From Pecten maximus (taxonomy: Eukaryota), in the NCBI RefSeq assembly GCF_902652985.1, contig NC_047022.1, forward strand, positions 30,659,465 to 30,723,464: DNA of 64,000 bases. The letters are read 5' to 3'. Position 1 is the stretch's first letter. Each line of letters opens with the position of its first letter. The notes beneath the pieces are model-generated. The model was given only the letters and a program-made list of their open reading frames with translations, searched no databases and had not been told where the DNA came from. Positions 60,453-64,000 of this stretch are shown in pieces. A program made the position numbers and the translations under genes.

Positions 60453-61159
60453 TATACATGTACGTTTAATAAATTGATTATATGGCTCAGGGTAGGGACT
60501 TAAATTATCCAAGTACACGGATGTACATAATGTAATACATGAAAAAAAAACAGCCACAATATACAACTCGGCTTGGCAGAACTCTTTTGCTTGATCGGTT
60601 GAGTGTGAGACTAGTCACTCAAAAGAAGATAACATGCACTCGGGCGAATCATTCTTCAAACATTTTATCGAACACCCGTTATTAAACATACATTTGTCTA
60701 TAGATAGGAATGCTTAATTTAGTAAATCCCCCTTTAATCATGAAATGCTTTTTAGTGAAAAAACAAAAACAAACTTAAAATGAAAATGAAAATAACCTTT
60801 ATTTTTCGTCGTTTACATGGTTAACAAGCAATATAAGCTCTGTATAGCTTTTATTACGGCGCCACTGAGGGAACAAATATAGTTTTGAATGTTGGAGGAA
60901 AACCCAAGGTGGGAAACCAACGTGCCATCGTCGGGGAAACAACGAACCCAGCAAACATCATCCCCTGCCTCGACTCGAATCCATGTTCTAGGGGAGAGTG
61001 GTTATAAGGAATTGATAGAACACGAGGAAACTGGGGGCCTAATTGTTTTTATTTTGTCCATACCATGGTTAGAAATGAACATATTCCTATGTAAATAACA
61101 GCTAAGGCTTACAATCAAGACAAATGGTCGCGTCATAGATAGAATGGTTGCCTATTATG

Positions 61160-61167
61160 ACGTCACC
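61160..61167. promoter_or_regulatory. Perfect CRE palindrome TGACGTCA ~75 bp upstream of the 61241 ATG
   Basis: The sequence is ..tattatgacgtcaccattgg... A second half-site, cgcgtcatag, lies at ~61128. Confidence 0.3.
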
Positions 61168-61240
61168 ATTGGAGCTACTTGACGACGCATAGGTTGCCGA
61201 CACACGAAAGTTTGGCGTATTGTGTCACCTCGGTATAAAG

Positions 61241-62527
61241 ATGTCGTCGGACAGCGATTCCGATAACGAGGAATTCCAGATAAAGCGTTACATGAACACA
61301 GATTTCGGACAGAGCATAAAACAGGCAAAAACTCTCCAAAATCACTACAGCGGGATCAAACCGCAGCCTGGATTTTATGAACTTTGCGACCGGAAGCACT
61401 GGTCATTGGGAACGAAATCGTACTGCGGCAAACATTGGGATGTTGAAGGAGTGACCCCTCTGGCTCGGTCAACTCGACGCTTGACCCTTCATAATGTCAA
61501 CACAGAGGTCGACAAAGAGAAAGCCAGGAAAATTCAAAAAGAGGATTCCGAGAAAAGAGAAGCAAGTCAAACTCTGTGTCCCATGAACAAAGAATTTAAC
61601 GATACCGTACACTTCAGCGAGAAAAAGATGAGAGCAGAAGCAGCGTCTATGAGAAACTACCAGGCAAAGATCAAGGATGACATGCAACTTCAGTTACTGA
61701 ATTTTACACATGCTGGTTTAGTCGCTTTGGAAACGGAAGAAGAGCGTTTTAATCAGATCAAGTTGCTACGAGCAATGCTGAATAACGTTAACAAGTCTGC
61801 AAGTATTGAAGATTTAGTTGATGCAATGTCTGAAACGAACGAGAAGAGGAATCACATCAACAGAGACCTAGAGGAAGCGTTCGGAAGGTTGGTCGAGGAA
61901 GAAAAGGACTTGGATGATGATTACAGGCAAGCCATGATGGAAATGCTTGACGAATCTCTTATAAGGGTTATCTTGAATATGGATAGGGATGTAACGAAGA
62001 AGATGTTTGAGGATGAAAAGAAGGAACGAGTGATGGAACAGAATAATTTGCTCAAAGACAAGAAGAGAGCCAAAGCAATGAAAAACTTTGAGGAGGTCCT
62101 GGATGATATGAGACGAATATATCAGCAAGTCTTAGATGAGGAAGAAAGAATCGAAGAAAGCTACAAAGATAAAGTAAGGGAGGTAAAAACTAGGATGCAG
62201 GAAGAACTAGTTAGAAAATTCGCCGCAAAATGGGCCGAGAAGGCGTGCGCTGATGAAAAAACGCGCCGTATTCAAGAATTCGAAAACCCTGGTACCAAGA
62301 AAAATGTGGCCTGGGAGTCAATGAAGAATCTGATGAGTAGGGTACAACGACAGATGATTTTGTCCAAGTTTGACGGGAAATGGATTGATTTCAAAGAAGA
62401 GGCCAAAAAGGAGAAAGCAAAACGGCACGAAACGCTAGTTCCGGAAACTGAACAGGACAAGAAGATCAGGCAAATTAGAACACGATCACGGCGGCCATCT
62501 TGTGTTGTGAGAGGCGATGATGATTAG
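61241..62527 (+). CDS. Intronless ORF, 428 aa from the first ATG: acidic Ser-rich N-terminus (SSDSDSDNEE), tandem C-x3-HW / C-x2-HW motif, long K/E/R-rich predicted coiled-coil; family not recognised
   Basis: The track ORF 61220-62527 begins with an alternative start codon; the first ATG is at 61241. It is a single uninterrupted frame in a segment with higher GC and no tandem repeats. A 1.1-kb AT-rich downstream segment contains ATTAAA at ~62924 and AATAAA at ~63676. Confidence 0.5.
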   Translation: MSSDSDSDNEEFQIKRYMNTDFGQSIKQAKTLQNHYSGIKPQPGFYELCDRKHWSLGTKSYCGKHWDVEGVTPLARSTRRLTLHNVNTEVDKEKARKIQKEDSEKREASQTLCPMNKEFNDTVHFSEKKMRAEAASMRNYQAKIKDDMQLQLLNFTHAGLVALETEEERFNQIKLLRAMLNNVNKSASIEDLVDAMSETNEKRNHINRDLEEAFGRLVEEEKDLDDDYRQAMMEMLDESLIRVILNMDRDVTKKMFEDEKKERVMEQNNLLKDKKRAKAMKNFEEVLDDMRRIYQQVLDEEERIEESYKDKVREVKTRMQEELVRKFAAKWAEKACADEKTRRIQEFENPGTKKNVAWESMKNLMSRVQRQMILSKFDGKWIDFKEEAKKEKAKRHETLVPETEQDKKIRQIRTRSRRPSCVVRGDDD

Positions 62528-64000
62528 TCTGAATCTGTTCTAAAATATGAAGAATTTTTTTTCTATGCTGACAGATATTATAATTTTTTCAATGCTGATA
62601 AGAATCTTTTTGTTTGTGGTTATGTACCTCTTTTTTTTGATAATGCCGATAAGTATTCCATTTTTCTATTCTGATAAGCATTTCATTGTTTCCATACGGA
62701 CAAGCATTCACCTATTTCATTCCACGGTGAATATTTCCATTTTCTATTACTTTCCTTTGACGTCTTGTTAAATGTTCCGTTTTGTTTTCGCGGATAAATG
62801 CTAATTTCCATTTTTATTTCTTTTCAGATATTAAGTAGTTCTTTTTCTATGCAAATGGATAGCAGTTTATTCTATCTGTGAATTAGACTTCTCTCTTTAA
62901 TATTTCTAAAGACCGTGATATTTATATTAAACCAATGCCAAATCTAATGTTTATCATTCATTTTTGCCTGCGTCCAAATCTTGCTGTTAACGTCATTACT
63001 AAATGTTTACGCACTCATTAACACGTATTGTACTTAGAATAATGTTCAAAGTATATGAGGAACGTTAACTCAACAATTTGAAAATTATCTCCTTATGGTA
63101 AAATATTTAGCGGGACTAAGATATCTTAAGCTATGTCGAGACCCTGAATACTTGAATTTAACCTTTTGGCTGCAACGCTGATGGCCAAAGGTGTTAAGAC
63201 AAGTGAGCCCTCCATCAGACTGTCACGTCGTTAATTGAGTTCAAACAAAGATGGGATATTCGCGCTCATGAATTCTGATATCGAGGATTTGTTTTTCTAA
63301 TTTATTTTCATTTCAAAATATTTTATTCAATCAAATATTTGAATTAATTAACATACAATATTTCATAATAGAGATAGAATCTAGATATAAGAAATGGATT
63401 GGACAACAGGCTAAGCCTATACAGGTCCTTTCCATTCTTCCGTTATCATAAATATTATAAATGATTTTAATGCTATAGTTGTATTTCTAATTTAGTTACT
63501 CGCCACTATTATAACGATGTACTTAGCCCCTCTTTTCTCTTTGCAAAACTTAAAACATATTTCTAGATTGATGCGTAAAGAGGATTATCTATAACGCAGA
63601 TAATGGTATTTCTGTTGAAGATAATTGGTTCGATGCAAAGACTTCTTGAAGACGTTGTTGAATTAAAGGGTATCTTTTAATAAACAATACATATTATAAC
63701 CCCTTTATTTTACTTAAAATGTCAATCACTATTCGCATGTATCTTACATTTATAGCATAGTTTTGTGTTTAATTATGCAACTCGTTCCTTCCGAGTTTCG
63801 AAACACATCCTTCCATAATAAGTTTCGGCAGCAAGGTTTTCCCTGGTCCATGATGATTTTCCTACAGAATATTGGTACTCCACTGGAACGAGCTTTGCCC
63901 TCTTGTATTGATAACGTGAATTTTGATTTCGTATAAGCTTGAATTTATCGGAATATTTCGACGAGATCAATCGGATACCCATTCCTGAATTTGAAATTAA

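Noticed and set aside
61233-61239. TATAAAG immediately 5' of the ATG at 61241
   Set aside because: It is too close (2 nt) to act as a TATA box for that start codon. At best it could serve a downstream ATG (61289).

Overview
This is a eukaryotic (metazoan) genomic window, not a prokaryotic one. It has long GT-AG introns, large satellites and many non-autonomous rolling-circle-type elements. I recognise these as Helentron/HINE- or 'pearl'-like, and their style suggests a bivalve-mollusc-type genome; that attribution is from memory and unverified. All gene calls below rest on by-eye translation and recalled protein families. Exon coordinates are approximate (typically +/- a few nt).

The dominant gene is a minus-strand ortholog of vault poly(ADP-ribose) polymerase PARP4, with the domain order BRCT, PARP catalytic, VIT, VWA. 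I reconstructed about 28 phase-consistent exons from the start codon at 57863 down to at least 14445. Three further in-phase exons (12990-12903, 12418-12236, 8690-8587) encode a ubiquitin-like domain ending LRLRGG, apparently appended to the PARP4-like reading frame.

Immediately downstream on the same strand (7676-3603) is a roughly 4 kb open region. It encodes a mosaic of low-complexity modules in this order: polyQ, near-exact histone H3 and H4 N-terminal-tail peptides embedded in acidic tracts, RNA Pol II CTD YSPTSPS heptads, FG repeats, about 27 GGRGGPGV octapeptides, an RS domain and a KE-rich tail. Two frame slips fall inside pure repeats.

The introns are packed with repeats. They hold a 39-bp-unit satellite (40241-43465) and a 22-bp-unit satellite (50192-53650). 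They also hold a roughly 723-bp macro-tandem repeat (36339-38640), a 32-bp tandem array (20953-21845) and at least 11 HINE/pearl-like elements of three subfamilies. Each HINE-like element has an 'AACAAGAG + palindrome' head, an internal 150-190-bp tandem array and a '(GGAC)n + hairpin + CTAAAAA' tail. Further elements are a Tc1/mariner-type MITE (32340-33357), a small palindromic MITE (60211-60452), a tRNA-derived SINE-like element (about 59620-59800) and a decayed Harbinger/PIF transposase (560-1486).

An intronless 428-aa coiled-coil ORF of unknown family lies at 61241-62527 (+), with a perfect CRE palindrome about 75 bp upstream.

In one place (near 53880) the printed sequence and the ORF track disagree by 1 nt.
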